Source: Sphyrna mokarran
Taxonomy: Eukaryota
Direction: 5' to 3'
DNA length: 64,000 nt
Assembly: GCA_024679065.1 (NCBI GenBank)
Contig: JAGIQG010000014.1
Span: 27,528,001-27,592,000, forward strand
The notes beneath the pieces were generated by a model. The model had not been told where the DNA came from. It made no database searches and saw only the letters and a list, made by a program, of their open reading frames with translations. Shown in pieces: positions 1 to 13,060 of this stretch. The stretch's first letter is position 1. Each line of letters starts with the position of its first letter. The translations under genes were made by a program, and so were the position numbers.

Positions 1-915
1 AGAGAAGCTTTAGAGGATAGGTTAAGGAAAGTGAGGGAATGCAGAGGTGGTCGAATAGATGATTCAGTCTTGGTCACGTTCATCCAAATTTGAGTTGGGG
101 AAGCTCATATTGTAGTTAGTATTTCAGGAGAGGGAACAAAAAAGAGAAAGAGAGAGAGAACAAGAGAATAAGTACAAGAGAAAGGCATGGATAGAGACCG
201 AGTGAGAGAGAGCAAGGAAACAGAAAAGGGAAAGAAAATTCCGACTCTAAAAACGGGAATGAAGCTGACACCTCAAAGGGAAAGAGAGATCAGACAGCTG
301 GAAACTGCAAAGAATAAATCACTCTACCTAGTAGCACCCTATCTCCCCAACTCAGCACCATTCTCTGAGACCCTTGTGTATGCTTGGTTCATTCTTAAAT
401 TTGAAGAGTGCGATGTGGAGTCATGTTTTGCCAGTTTTGAGAAAGTAGTAGGACAGCTAAAATGGCTATCAAATGTCTAGATATTTTTAATTCAAGGGTA
501 GCAGTCTGGGATAGTCCAAGAAATCTACTTCTTGCTGACCCCTGATGTGTCCATGAACAATGAGCAGACCAATGGTGCCATCCAAAATGGGTACAAGTCA
601 GTCCTGAAGGCATTTCGTCAGCAATTCTGGAAGACTCTTAAAAAGCCCACACAAACATACATCATGCTTGAATGGCTGAGCACATTGCATTTGACAGATG
701 GAAAAGGTTCCTAAGAATCCCTCACATCTATGAGGGGTTGCATGGGCTGGTATTGTTAGAGGAATATAAAAACTGCTTACCCTCCAACCTGGCTCTGCAT
801 TAGTAGGAGAGGATCCAAGAATACAGCAGTCACAGATATAATCTCACCCAGGAAACTCAAGCAGAGCCATTACAAGCCCTTCCCGAGAATATTGCAAAGA
901 TAAGCAGGGCAACCC
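1..915 (+). mobile_element. Decayed Gypsy (Gmr1/SCAN-type) LTR retrotransposon gag, 5' part
   Basis: E/K/R-rich coiled-coil segment, then ...DVESCFASFEKV..QLKW (ORF 187..480) and ...PE/KAFRQQF..LKKPTQTY (ORF 532..714), typical of fish/shark Gypsy gag. Continues after the CR1 insertion at 4153. Confidence 0.7.
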
Positions 916-1063
916 AGGTAGGGGGCTCATTCTGGGGAAGGTGGGACCTCTACAAGAGGATGGTCTGCACCTGAACCGGAGAGGTACCAATATCTTGGGG
1001 GGTAAATTTGCCAGGGCTATTCGGGGGGGTTTAAACTGATTCGGGGGGGATGGGAACCTGAAT

Positions 1064-3498
1064 TTGTGTGCCAGCATACAGGAGGATGTGAATAGGGAGG
1101 TCAGGGATAAGGTTTCTAGGTCGCAGCAGTATAGTGGCAAAGGGGAGGGTGGTTTGAAGTGTGTATACTTTAATGCGAGGAGCATACGCAATAAGGTGGA
1201 TGAACTTGCAGCCTGGATTGGTGCTTGGGACTTCGATGTTGTGGCCATTTCAGAGATGTTGATAGAGCAGGGGCAGGAATGGTTGTTGCAGTTTCCGGGG
1301 TTCAGATGTTCCAGTCAGAGCAGAGGTGGTGGTAGAAGAGGGGGAGGAGTGGCATTGTTAGTTAAGGACAGCATTACGGTGGCAGAAAAGACGTTTGATG
1401 TGGACTTGTCTGCTGAGGTAGTGTGGGCTGAGATTAGAAACAAGAAAGGAGAGGTCACATTGTTGGGAGTTTTTTATAGGCCTCCAAAAAGTTCCAGAGA
1501 AGTAGAGGAAGGGATTGCAAAGTTGATCCTGGATAGGTGTGAAAGTAACAGGGTAGTTGTAATGGGGGACTTTAACTTTTCTAATATCGATTGGAAAAGC
1601 TATAGTTCAAGTACGTTAGAGGGGTCAGTTTTTGTTCAATGTGTGCAGGAAGGTTTCATGACTCAGTATGTAGATAGGCCAACAAGAGGTGAGGCTATAT
1701 TGGATTTGGTACTTGGTAATGAACCAGACCAGGTGTTAGACTTGGAGGTGGTGAGCACTTTGGTGATAGTGACCACAATTCGGTTACGTTTACCTTAGTG
1801 ATGGAAAGGGATGGGCGTATACCGAATAACAGTAGTTATAGCTGGGGGAAAGGTAATTATGAGGCTATTAGGAGAGATTTAGGATGCATAGGGTGGAGCA
1901 GGATATTGCAGGGGCTGGGGACATCTGAAATGTGGAGCATATTTAAGGAACAGCTTCTGCATGTCCGTAATAAATATGTACCTGCCAGGCAGGGAGGAAG
2001 TGGTCGAGTGAGGGAACCATGGTGTACTAGGGAAGTTGAATCTCTGGTGAAGAGGAAGAAGGAGGCTTACATAATGATGAGATGTGAAGGCTCAGTTAGG
2101 GCACTGGAGAGCTATAAATTAGCCAGGAAGGAGCTAAAGACAGAGTTGAGAAGAGCTAGAAGAGGATACGCGAAGACTTTGGCGGATAGGATTAAGGAGA
2201 ATCCTAAAGCTTTTTACAGGTATATAAATAATAAAAGATTGGTTAGGGCAAGATTAGGGCCAGTCAGAGATAGCAGTGGGAAGTTGTGCGTGGAGCCTGA
2301 GGAGATAGGAGAGACACTGAATGACTATTTTTCGTCAGTATTCACGCAGGAGAAAGACAATGTTGTCGGGGAGAATACTGCGATACCAGGTTGTAGACGG
2401 GGCAGGATTGAGGTTCATAAGGAGGAGGTGTTAGCGAATCTTGAGGGTATGAAAATTGATAAGTCCCCTGGGCCAGATGGGATTTACCCTAGGATTCTCT
2501 GGGAGGCTAGAGAGGAGATTGCAGAGCCTTTGGCTTTGATCTTCATGTCGTCGTTGGCTACAGGTATAGTGCCGGAAGACTGGAGGATGGCAAATGTTGT
2601 CCCTTTGTTCAAAAAGGGGAGTAGGGACCATCCTGGAAATTATAGACCGGTGAGCCTGACTTCTGTTGTGGGCAAAGTCTTGGAAAGAATTATAAGGGAT
2701 AGGATTTATAAGCATCTAGAGAGAAATAATTGATTAGGGATAGTCAGCACGGTTTTGGAAGGGTAGGTCATGCCTCACAAACCTTATTGAGTTTTTTGAG
2801 GAGGTGACCAAAGAGGTAGATAAGGGTAAGGCAGTTGATGTAGTGTGGGGAGTTGTAGACAGCGAGGATGGATGTTACAGTTGCAGAGGGACATAGATAG
2901 GTTGCAGAGCTGGGCCGTGAGGTGGCAAATGGAATTCAATACGGATAAGTGTGAGGTGATTCACTTTGGTAGGAATAACAGGCATATGAAATATAGGGCT
3001 AATGGAAGGACCCTTAATAGTGTTGTCGAGCAGAGGGATCTTGGGGTACAAGTACATAGCTCTTTGAAAGTTGGCACCCAGGTTGATAAAGTTGTTAAGA
3101 AGGCGTACGGTGTGTTAGCTTTTATTGGTAGAGGGATTGAATTTAGGAGCTGTGAGGTTATGTTACAACTGTACAAAACTCTGGTGCGGCCGCACTTGGA
3201 GTATTGCGTACAGTTCTGGTCGCTGCATTATAAGAAAGATGTGGAAGCATTGGAAAGGGTGCAGAGGAGGTTTACCAGGATGTTGCCTGGTATGGTGGGA
3301 AGGCCTTATGAGGAAAGGCTGAGGGACCTGAGGTTATTTTCATTAGAGAGAAGAAGGTTACGCGGTGACCTAATTGAGGCGTATAAGATGATCAAAGGAC
3401 TGGATAGGGTGGATAGTGAGAGCCTTTTTCCTCGGATGGTGATGACCAACACGAGGGGACATAACTTTAAATTAAGAGGTGGTAGTTATAGAACATAG
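1064..3498 (+). pseudogene. Disrupted CR1 ORF2 (APE endonuclease + reverse transcriptase)
   Basis: ORFs 1064..1798, 1798..2733 and 2845..3498 are consecutive frameshifted pieces. The DFSKAFD-GVPQG-FADD core is missing at ~2846. Confidence 0.9.
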
Positions 3499-3950
3499 AA
3501 CATAGAACATAGAACATTACAGCGCAGAACAGGCCCTTCGGCCTTCGATGTTGCGCCGACCATATAAAAGCATGACCCTCCAAACAAAACCATTCCCTTC
3601 TCTTCCATAAACTTATCAACTAACCTCTTAAACGCCACAACTTGGCGCATCTACAACTGCCGCAGGCAGGGCATTCCACTCCCTAACCACCCTCTGGGTA
3701 AAGAACCTACCTCTGATATCCGTCCTATAACTATCACCCCTTAAATTTAAAGCTGTGTCCCCTCGTGCTAGCTTTCTCCATCCTAGGAAAAAGGCTATCA
3801 CTGTCCACCCTATCTAAACCTCTAATCATCTTATATGCTTCGATAAGGTCTCCTCTTAGCCGCCTCTTCTCTAACGAAAACAACCTCAAATCCCTCAGCC
3901 TCTCTTCATAAGACCTGCCCTCCATACCAGGCAACATCCTGGTAAACCTC
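3488..3950 (-). mobile_element. 5'-truncated CR1 3' end inserted antisense into the first CR1
   Basis: Starts with (ATAGAAC)n, the reverse complement of the tail. Its reverse complement is nearly identical to 36026-36484 (RFTRMLPGMEGRSYEERL...). The host resumes at AGGTTCTTTAC (3951). Confidence 0.95.
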
Positions 3951-4152
3951 AGGTTCTTTACACAGAGGGTGGTGAGGGCGTGGAATGCCCTGCCTGCAGC
4001 AGTTGTGGACTCGCCTACTTTGGGGGCATTCAAATGGTCGGTAGATAGGCATATGGATGATATTGGAATAGTTTAGGTTAGAGGGTCCACTGGCAGGCGC
4101 AACATCGAGGGACGAAGGGCCTGTACTGCGCTGTAATGTTCTATGTTCTATG

Positions 4153-5400
4153 AAAGACTGTCCACTCAGAAAAGAAAATATAAAGGAAAAGCATTCCCTC
4201 AGCCCAAAGGGAGAACTCCCAGAGATCAGTGTGTACCCATTGCAATGAAATAGGCCATTTAAGATCTCAGTACTGCATAGATTGTAAGGGAAGACTAATA
4301 GGGCTCCATATAAGTAATACCCTGAAGGATGGCCTAATGGGTAGTGCAGCAGAGCTAGCAGAGAGACTTTTATTGAAACATACTCTTTGCAGGGTATGTC
4401 CCAATGTGTGCCTGAGCTGGACAATTCCCAGAGAGCTTCTAGAATTTTGCCCTTTCAGTGTTCCCATATATGTCCCAGAATGTGAGCATGTCTGTTGCCC
4501 TGGAGGGACACAAGGGGCTACTCAGTCCTCAATGTTGGAAGGAAACCTAAACTTATTCTTGTTGAAAGTCAAAGCTCTGATGAGAAGAGGATCTGCATTT
4601 ACATCCCTTCATAGGATCCACCTAGTGTGTGACCTTGTTTCAGGCCCTGTCACAGTAGGAATTGCTCCTGAACTACCATCAGCAGGAACCGATTTCCTCC
4701 TTGGTTGACAGCAAAGTGTTAGCCAGTGAAAGAGGCCAATGTCAGCTAGCAGAAAGTTAAAGGAGTGCAGAAAGCTGGGGAAGGTGCAGAAGCAGAAGAG
4801 GGTGAAATAGCATCTGTAACATTTCAGCAAGATCTGCTCAAATATAGCCAAGCTGAAGTCTACGTAGCAAGTTACAAGAGAAAACAGACTCACAGGATAT
4901 TGCCAAATTAAACGGGGGCAAGAGAAGTCCAAGGGCAAGGAAAAAGATAGTGCGGGAGGAGTAATCGAAGAACCTGAGGGAAGACTAACTGGAAGTGTGG
5001 CTAGAAGGGATCTCCTTTCCAATATTAAATAGGGGCAAAGGGAATTCCCAAACAAATGAACAAATAAAGAATGAAATGCCTCCCCCAGTGGAGCTCCTCC
5101 TCCACATTAGGAAATTCAATCTAAAGCTACTGGCTAAATAAAAACTAGTTGGTCTGACTGACAGCTTCTGGTGAATTTAAGTTGGGACATGGAAAATTCC
5201 CAGAAAAAGCAAGGGTGATGCCTCCTTCAGTTAAAAAGCCAACAGGAGGTACAGAGAAAGCTCACCATCCATCAGAGAGTAGGTTTGTTCCGTAAGATGT
5301 GGAGCCTGCTACTAGCAGAGGGATCTAACCAGATTGGATCCCATATTCATCTACCTTAGTACAGAAATATGGGCAACCTGACAGGATTGCCCAGTGCATT
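4153..5400 (+). mobile_element. Decayed Gypsy gag zinc knuckle and aspartic protease, continuing 1-915
   Basis: CTHCNEIGHLRSQYC (CCHC knuckle), TQGATQSSMLEG (degenerate DTGA.QS) and DLVSGPVTVGI..LP..G..FLLG in ORF 4229..4708. The 3' limit is uncertain. Confidence 0.75.
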
Positions 5401-5959
5401 TAAAATGATCTGTCGTAAGCGCACCCTCCACCACCCACCACAACCAACCCCCCGCCCATGACACAAGCAAAAGCATACCTGTACCTTATGTGATCTAGCT
5501 ACAGATGGTGATGAATAGATAAACTAGTTGTCAGCTATATCAGTTCAAGTCTGCATACCTTGGACTTAAGGAAATGGAGATGAGAACAGCAACAGGGAAT
5601 ATAGACTGGCTGAGAGGGTAATAGTTTCAATAGTGCCAAGATCGTTGAAGGCGGAGGTGAATCTGTGATTGAGCAGGTTGGTAGCTGCAGAAATATTATG
5701 ATAAATTAGAGGACAAAGATTAAAGAATTGGGATTTTGAAAGTCCAGTTATTGATCTTTCTCCCTTTTAATTCTATCTTTTGGCCCTTTATTCGTGTTCT
5801 TCATTTATAATCTGTATAATTCCTCTGCTCCGTTTTGCAGAATTTTGGATAGATGTGTACAAATAATGACCATATTGGTATAACTAGCTGCAGAACATTG
5901 ATGTCATAAAGGCAATGAATATTCCAATGGAATATTAACTTCTGGATCTTGTTCATACT

Positions 5960-6870
5960 GCATTTAACTGCAATACAGGTAAACCTGTATGCAATTCCTT
6001 TTTCCTCAACCAAGAAATCCCCCCCCATACTGTGTTAACTGGGCCCTCAACTATGTCCATTCCTATCAACACACTTCTGCTCTCACCCCATTTCATTCCT
6101 TCCAGAACCATGATTGAGTTCCCCTTGTCCTCCAATGTCACACCATTGGTCTCCACATTCATTCTCCTTTGTCATTTCTATCATCTTCAATGTGATTCTG
6201 TCACCAAACACATTTCCCTGTCCCTTACAGCATTCTGATGGGACCTTCCTCCCATACACTCTGGTCCATTCCTTAATCATCCCCAATCAGTCCAATGGCA
6301 CCTTCCCAGGCTAGCACAGGAAATGCAATACCAGCCCTTTTGCCTCCTCACTTATCACAGTCTAAGGCCCCAAACATACTTCCAGGTGCAACAACATTAG
6401 TTATACTTCTTTCCATTTGACATACTTTACTGAATTCACTGCTCATGATGCAATCTCATCCATATTAGTGACATTAAGTACAGGTTTGGTGATTGCTTTG
6501 CCTCTATTCAGTCTGTAAGCATTACCACAAGCTCTGGTCACTTGTTCTTTTAACTCTCCCGCTCTGATCTTTCTGTCTTCAGCTTCCTACTAGTGTTCCA
6601 AAGAAGCTCACTCACCTTTCGAATAGGAATTTGACAGCCTCCAGAACTCAATATTGAGTTCAACAATTTCAGATCATAACCTCTATTTCCACTTTGTTTG
6701 AGTCTCTTCAGCCTCTGTACAATCACAGACTTTCCCTTTTGTTCTTTTCTCCCCTCTCCTTCCCTGCCATCCTTAAAATCTGTTAAATCTCTAAATATTC
6801 TGAGTTCTGATGAAGATTGTCAATCTAAAACATTGATCTCCCTCTTGAGGATTTCCAGCATTTTTGTTTG
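5960..6870 (+). mobile_element. Decayed Penelope-like element 3' part (linker, GIY-YIG endonuclease, pseudo-LTR)
   Basis: Broken-frame GTFP....RKCNT..F.SSL....GPK..FQV, then ..I.CS.C.L..I.D....FGD.F. Ends in a pLTR carrying CTGATGA-AGATTG-T-CAATCT-AAAAC (decayed hammerhead) at ~6808-6835. Confidence 0.75.
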
Positions 6871-7704
6871 TGTGATTCGAGTACGGTTTTCACTATTTGA
6901 CTGTTCGTTAGTTCCGTAAGAAAGTACAGCAGTTACTTGTGTGCCGGACAGTTTTCAGGCTATTTTTGACAAGAAGGGCTGACATCCTTTGATAATTGAG
7001 ATTGAAACCCCTCATTAACACTGAGCTATTTAGTGCACAGAGGCACACATGCATGGAACCTTCTCCCCATTGCTTTCACTGATACCATCTCACTTTCTAT
7101 TGAAAGTATAGCTTCAACATTCCTTTGCCATTCATGGAACAGTTTTGCCACAAGAGTAAGACAAGGAGTAACTAAAGTATGTGTTTGTTTTTCTAAGGGT
7201 CTTCTGACCCTTGTAGTTTATTCACAGTCAGGACATTCCTTTTTCCAAATGAAATACCTTTTATCTACAAAACAAACACCTGGCATTGAGCATTTCAGTG
7301 TAAAGAGGGTCTCAAAGAAAGGGGAGTTATTTGTTTGTAATTATTGTTAAACATATTTTAACATTTGTTTATGTGTCAGGAGTGTTCATGTTAACAGACA
7401 CATATATGTTCACTAGAAAATGAGCTACTGTTGTTCTTAGATTTTTTTTAAACTATGTATTACCAGAAAATGATTTCTGCCCCCTGATTTATTTTGGTTT
7501 TAGCTTTAAACATTATCCTGTGTATTAATAAAATGAATTGCAATATGAAGCATTTCAATCTGTTATGTTATTTTACTAAATACTAAATAAGTATTGTTTA
7601 ACAACTAACCATTTTTCAGTTTCTACTGGAAAACCACTACCCTTGGCCAAATGGCTTTATTCATTCATCAAACAAAAATTGATCCAACTATAGGGTTCTT
7701 CAAG

Positions 7705-8165
7705 TCATATGGTACAGTAAAGGCCCTTTGGCCCATTGAGTCTGCACTGACAATAACTACCATGAAAACCACGTTAATCCCATTTTCCTGCACTTCAACC
7801 ATATCCTTGAATGTTACAATATTTTAAACGCTCATCTAAACATTTTTTAAAGATTGTAAGTTTCTGACCTCCACTACCTTCCATTCCAGAGTCCTACTAC
7901 CCTCTGAATGAAATATCTTTTTGTAAAATCCTCTCTGAATCTCTGAGTGTCTTTAGAAGACAGCCTCTCAGGGAAAACGAAGTGTGGAATTCTCTGATAC
8001 AGTAGAAATTCCATGTTTTAGGGTAAGGAGCAGGAGATTCAGAGGGGATTTGACAAAAAGACTTTTCATTCAAAGAGTGGTAGGACTCTGGAATGCACTG
8101 CCTGGGAAGGTAGTGGAGGTCAGAAACTTTAAAAAATGTTTGGATGAGCACTTGAAGTATGTTGT
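7705..8165. repeat. Two CR1 3'-end fragments in inverted orientation (minus ~7705-7942, plus ~8010-8165)
   Basis: Both carry TTCATTCA.AG.GT.GTAGGACTCTGGAATG...GGTAGTGGAGGTCAGAAACTT. The minus copy retains the GGCCCTTTGGCCC stem-loop and tail. Confidence 0.8.
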
Positions 8166-8469
8166 CTAATGACAACCTCTCACAAGAAGGAAAAGTGAGG
8201 CAAAAAATGATATTGAAACTGATATCATATAGACAGGAATACAATAAAGACAAAATTACAGAAGTGTCATAGTTAGTTTACATAGTGTTACTGTGAAAGT
8301 TTATGATAGGCAGGTAAAACACATCAGTGAATGTTATAGAAAAGGATGTGAATTAGTAGACCCAATTTTAACCACTGCAAATGGGTGAATTTGAATGGAC
8401 TAAAATTTCATCCATAGTATATCAAAGAGAATATTGTTACTGGTGGCAGCTTTCCATCTCATAAGAGGA

Positions 8470-9670
8470 TGCTTGTGCTGTGATGGTCAACTCTTTTTTA
8501 AGCATCACCTGGTGTGGCTCTAACAATGCAATCTGCTACATGTGCTGCAGGGGAAGACAATATGCTGAGAAGGTACATGATCTCATGGGCCTCCAATTTC
8601 TCCAGCAACTCTTCTTGGTTAACAGAGCTTTTATTTCTGCTCACCTCTTCCAATGCCTTCAGTCAGCCTTCAGAGGTCACAGCCATCAGTAATTATCTTC
8701 CAGTTGTTAGTATTAATGATTGCTATCTTCATATTTCACTTGCAGATGTTTTCAGAGTCATGACTCTGTGGCCAGTTCACTGTATAGAAGATTTTTGGTT
8801 ATGTGGCCACCATCCGTCCAATGAGTGCAGCTGAGCCAATGCAGATGTCATTGGCTTAGCAATGAGTGTAGGTTAATGGAATTAATCCATCCCAGGACTT
8901 GAGTTGGTAGGCTTGAGATGCTGACTATAAGCTTGAAACTTCTTACAAAGGTGGAAACAGTCTAACCTTTTTTCTTGCCTATCATATTTTGTCAAAGTCT
9001 CATCACTGAAGAGGTATGAACTGAGGATGCATGCTGGGTAGTCTTGCAGTTTGGTGTTCTCAGTAAAGTTGATTAACACTCTCCTACTTAGCTTGGACAA
9101 AACAGCTGCAGCTTTTGCAATGCGCATGTTGATTTCAGCATCAACTTACAGATTGCTAGTGATTGTGAAGACTCGACATGTAAAGATATCAACAAGCCAT
9201 TATCAATGTTGATAGACTGAGGAATGGCAACATCTGGATTTTTTCCAGCAGCTGAAATAATCTGCCTCTACGCATATGGTTGAATGCCTTGGTGAGGTTG
9301 ATGAAGGCAATGTACAATGGTTGCCTTTATTCACAGCATTTGTGGCTGTTAGTTTGAGAAGATTATGTCAATTGTAGATTTTCCAGTTCTGAATCTACAG
9401 TGGGATGTGGAATCAATGTGATTAGCAAAGATCTGCAGTCTGACAAGGTGAATATGGCAATTACTTTTTTATAACATTCAACAAGAAGATGTCTTATTGA
9501 TTGCTGTAATCGCTGTGGTCACCCTTATACTTGTATACAATTTTTGCATAACACATATCTTGTACACTGCCCACCTCATTCCAGAGGAGACAGAGAAGTT
9601 TATACATGCTGCAGGAGTGCCAGGTTTGATGAATTCAAGCAGTATAGAGCTTTGTCCACAATGTGTCAAA
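8470..9670 (-). mobile_element. RTE-clade LINE, decayed, 3' portion
   Basis: Minus-strand peptides KGD.SDCN, LQI.A, KC.E..QPLYIAFI.LTKAF and DAEINMRIAKAAAVLSKL..RV...TENTKL..Y.ACILS (ORF 8882..9127). There is an internal deletion in the RT. Confidence 0.8.
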
Positions 9671-9671
9671 A

Positions 9672-12170
9672 GTACACAAGAAATAGAAACAGGAGTTGGC
9701 TACCGGCTCTTTAAGCTCGCCCCACCATTCAATATGATCATGGCTGATCTACGCCGGCCTCAGCTCTTTTTCTGTGCCATTTCCCCATTGCCCTCCATTC
9801 CTTGATCTATCAAATATTTTGATATCTCTACTTTAAATATTTCTAATGATCCAGCTTCCACTATCCTTTGGGCAGAGAATTCTAGAGATTCACCACATTC
9901 CATGAGAAGAAATTCTATGTTTTAAATGACAGCCCTTTTATCTTGTAGCTGTGTCCCTTTGTTCGACACTCTCCCACTAGTCAAAAAATATCACCATCTA
10001 CCTGTAAAGCTCCCTCGGGATCTTACATGTTTGAATAAGGTCACCTCTCACTTTTCAAAACTCCAAGAAATACAAACTCAGACTATTTAATCTCTCCTGA
10101 TAGGAAAATCCTCTCATCCCAGGAATTAGCTTGATGAATCTCCTTTGGACTCCAATATTATTCTTTTAAGGGTAAGGTACCAAAACTGTATGCAGAATTC
10201 CAAATGAAGCCTTAATAACACCCTGTACAATTATAACAAAACCTCCCTATTTTTAAGCTGCAACTTTTTTTTGCAATAATGGCCAAAATGCCATTTGCCT
10301 TCTTAATTATCTTGTTGGACCTTTTGCTAAATTTTTATGATTCATACACTAGAATTCCTAGATCCCTCTGTGCTTCACTCACCTGCAGTCATTCTCCATT
10401 TACATAATCTGTCTTTTGATTCCTGCTACTAAAGTGCATCACCTCATATTTTCCTCTGAAACTCCATATGCCAGGTTTTTGCCCAGTCACCCAGTCTACC
10501 TATATCCCATTGCAGAATCACAATATCCTCATCACAACATTCCTTTCCACCTATCTTTTTTATCATTGGCAAATTTGGAAAGCTGACATTCTGCTCCTTC
10601 TTCTATTAATATAAATGTTTAACAGTTGTGGGCCAAGAACTGATCCCTGCTGTACTCAACTAGTTACATCTTTCTGCTCTGAAAAGGACCCATTTATTCC
10701 AACGCTCTGTTTTCTATGTTACAGCCAGTTTTCGATCCATATTAACATGCTTCTTCCAATCTTATTAGTTTTTATTGTATGCTCAAGGATCTCATGTGGC
10801 ACCTTCTCAAATATCTTTTAGAAACTAAATATACTACATCTACAGATTCCTGTCTATCTACTCTCCCTGTTACACCTTCAAAGAATTCAAGCAAATTTGA
10901 AAAATCATGATTTACCTTTCAGAAAACCACATTGATTAAACTTGATTATTTTATTTTTCCTAAATGATTAACTATTTCCTCTTTGGTTATTGACTCCAGC
11001 ACCTTGCCAATAATAGATGGTAAACTAACTGGCCTATAGTTCCTTGCTTTCTCCCTTTTTGAATAAAGACATTACATTGGCTGTTTCTTAAATTTCTGGT
11101 ATCCTTCCAAAATTTAGTGTGTTACGAAAATTTTCAACCAATGGGTCCACTATTTCTGCATCCATTTCCATTAAAACCCTAGCCTGCAGCTCATCAGGTC
11201 CTTGTGATTTGTCCACCTTTAGCTCCTGGAGTATCTTTATATTCTATCCCTTATGACTGGGATTATTTTAAGTTCTACCATGTTATTTGAAATCAACCCA
11301 TCTGAAAACTTAGGAATATTTATAATGTCTTTCATGGTGAAGATTGATGCAATAAAATTTATTTAGCATTTCCGCCATTTCTTTGCTGTTATCAATTCAC
11401 CCATCTCGTTCAGTAGATGTTCCACATTTATCTTAGTTGCCTACTTCCTATTTATGTATCCATAGAAATTCTTACTGTTTATTTCTATGCTGCACGCAGA
11501 TTTTCTCTCAAAATTAATTTTCTCCTTTCTTATGAGCTTTTTAGTCTTTTGGTGCTGGATCCTAAAAATGTCCCAGTTTTCTGGTCTACCACTATCCTTT
11601 GCCATTTTGTTTCATTGGTTTCCAATTTAACGTTATCCTTGACCTCCTTTGTTAACCATGGATTATACCACTTCCTTGTGGAATCCTGCTTTTTGATTGG
11701 AATAAACTCCTGCTCAGCACTTTGGACCAACATTTCAAACATCTGACACTGCTCACCTACTGATCCGTATCTTAGCTTTTTTACCTGGTTCACCTTAGAC
11801 AACCACTCCCTGAAACCATTATAATTGCCTTTATTTAATATGAAGGCCTGGTTATGGGCCTACAGTGTTCATCCTCAAACTGTATCTGCAATTCTGTCAT
11901 ATTGTGGTTATTATCCTCAGGGCATTCTTAACCACAAGATTCTTTATCAATGCTTCTTCATTATACAAAACCAAATCTAAAGTAGCCTATTTCCACATAT
12001 ATTCCAAAATGTACTGCTCTAAAAAGCAATCCCCAATACACTCCACAAATTCTTCTTCTATGCTCCCCTTGCCAGCTTGGTTTGTCCAATCAATATGTAG
12101 ATTAACATTTTCCATGATAATTGCAGTTCCCTTCAAGCATGCCCTTGATATTTCTCCATTTATGCTCTGA
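9672..12170 (-). mobile_element. Old CR1 LINE (ORF2 fragment) inserted into the RTE
   Basis: Reverse-complement tail (ACACAAGAAATAGAAACAGGAG...GATCATGGCTGATCT), RT remnants (QGSVLGPQLL..YI, SKFAND) and APE remnant IIM..N..IDWTNQ.GKGS.EEEFVECI.D.FLEQY (ORF 11987..12307). Confidence 0.85.
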
Positions 12171-12520
12171 CTTCTTGAGAGGTCAATTTTGTCAATAGCT
12201 TTGTTATGCTTCTGCACTGAGGGTTCAATATCCAAATGCGCCTTGACAGGCAGGCTTTTTATGGTGTCCAGAGATTCCTTGGTGACAGTGTTCTCCCTCA
12301 AGTACAATGTTCCACCTCTCTCTCATACCATTTATTGCTGTTGGTGATGTTCTCCTCTGATTTATCTTCTTTTGCTGTTGGATCTGTTGCCTTTTTGATC
12401 CCCTTAAATGTACCCCTAGCATTCCCTGGACATTCTGGCAAAGTTGTAACCTGTTGCCATTGTTGTATTGCCATGCATTCTGTAGACTTTACTTTGATTA
12501 GATCTTGGTGAGTGCATTCA
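12171..12520 (-). mobile_element. RTE LINE upstream portion (continuation of 8470-9670)
   Basis: Minus strand GNARG...GIKKAT.P, E.VEH, ENTVTKESLDTI..LP....LD.EP......KAID, the RTE pre-RT linker. Confidence 0.7.
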
Positions 12521-13060
12521 GAATCTTCTCACTCAGATCTCACTTGTAATTAATTGGAAATGTTTTTTCCTGATCCAGCAAAGATATTTAAACTACTTTA
12601 CAAAAATTTCTTGCCTTGCCTTGGCACTAAGACTTAGATGCTATAAGATCCCGTGGCTTTGAAATAGGACATTGCCTCCTGGCTGTGAGTTGCGGCCTGT
12701 CTGCTCCTAATAATTCAGTCTCCAATGCTTGTGTTCCATTCTTTATTTCATGCACTGTAAAATTTATAAGAAGTGAAGAATCATACATTTGACTTCCTGG
12801 TTTGCAGTCTGTGAGTGTCTTAAACCTGACTGGTAACATCACAGTTGATAGATGGCTGGAGTTCAAATTAGTGTTAGGAACAGTGAAACCCATGGCGCAA
12901 AAGTCACTAAATGTTTGTGGCCATCTTTTTTTGAGGTCAGTTGTGATGAGTCATCACTTCACCATGGGCCAATATCTCTTGAATTAAGTCAATTATGTTG
13001 TCAATTTGAATGAGCTCTCAACATGTTTCATTTATTATGTAGTATTAAAAAATTCTTTTT

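Larger units (their letters stand above)
916..4152 (+). mobile_element. CR1 (HER1-type) LINE, 5'-truncated within ORF1, with internal RT deletion and a nested antisense CR1
   Basis: ORF1 esterase C-terminus (WGRWDLY..DGLHLNRRGTNILGGKFARAIRGGLN* ending ~1038), APE endonuclease (YFNARSIRNK, GGGVALLVK, GDFN, ILDLVL), RT N-terminus (KSPGPDGI, NYRPVSLTS), C-terminus (LERRRLRGDLIE), 3'UTR stem-loop and (GTTCTAT)n tail at ~4138-4151. Confidence 0.95.

Noticed and set aside
3488-3516. Short direct repeats (ATAGAAC)n as a CRISPR-like array
   Set aside because: No spacers; this is the CR1 tail microsatellite.
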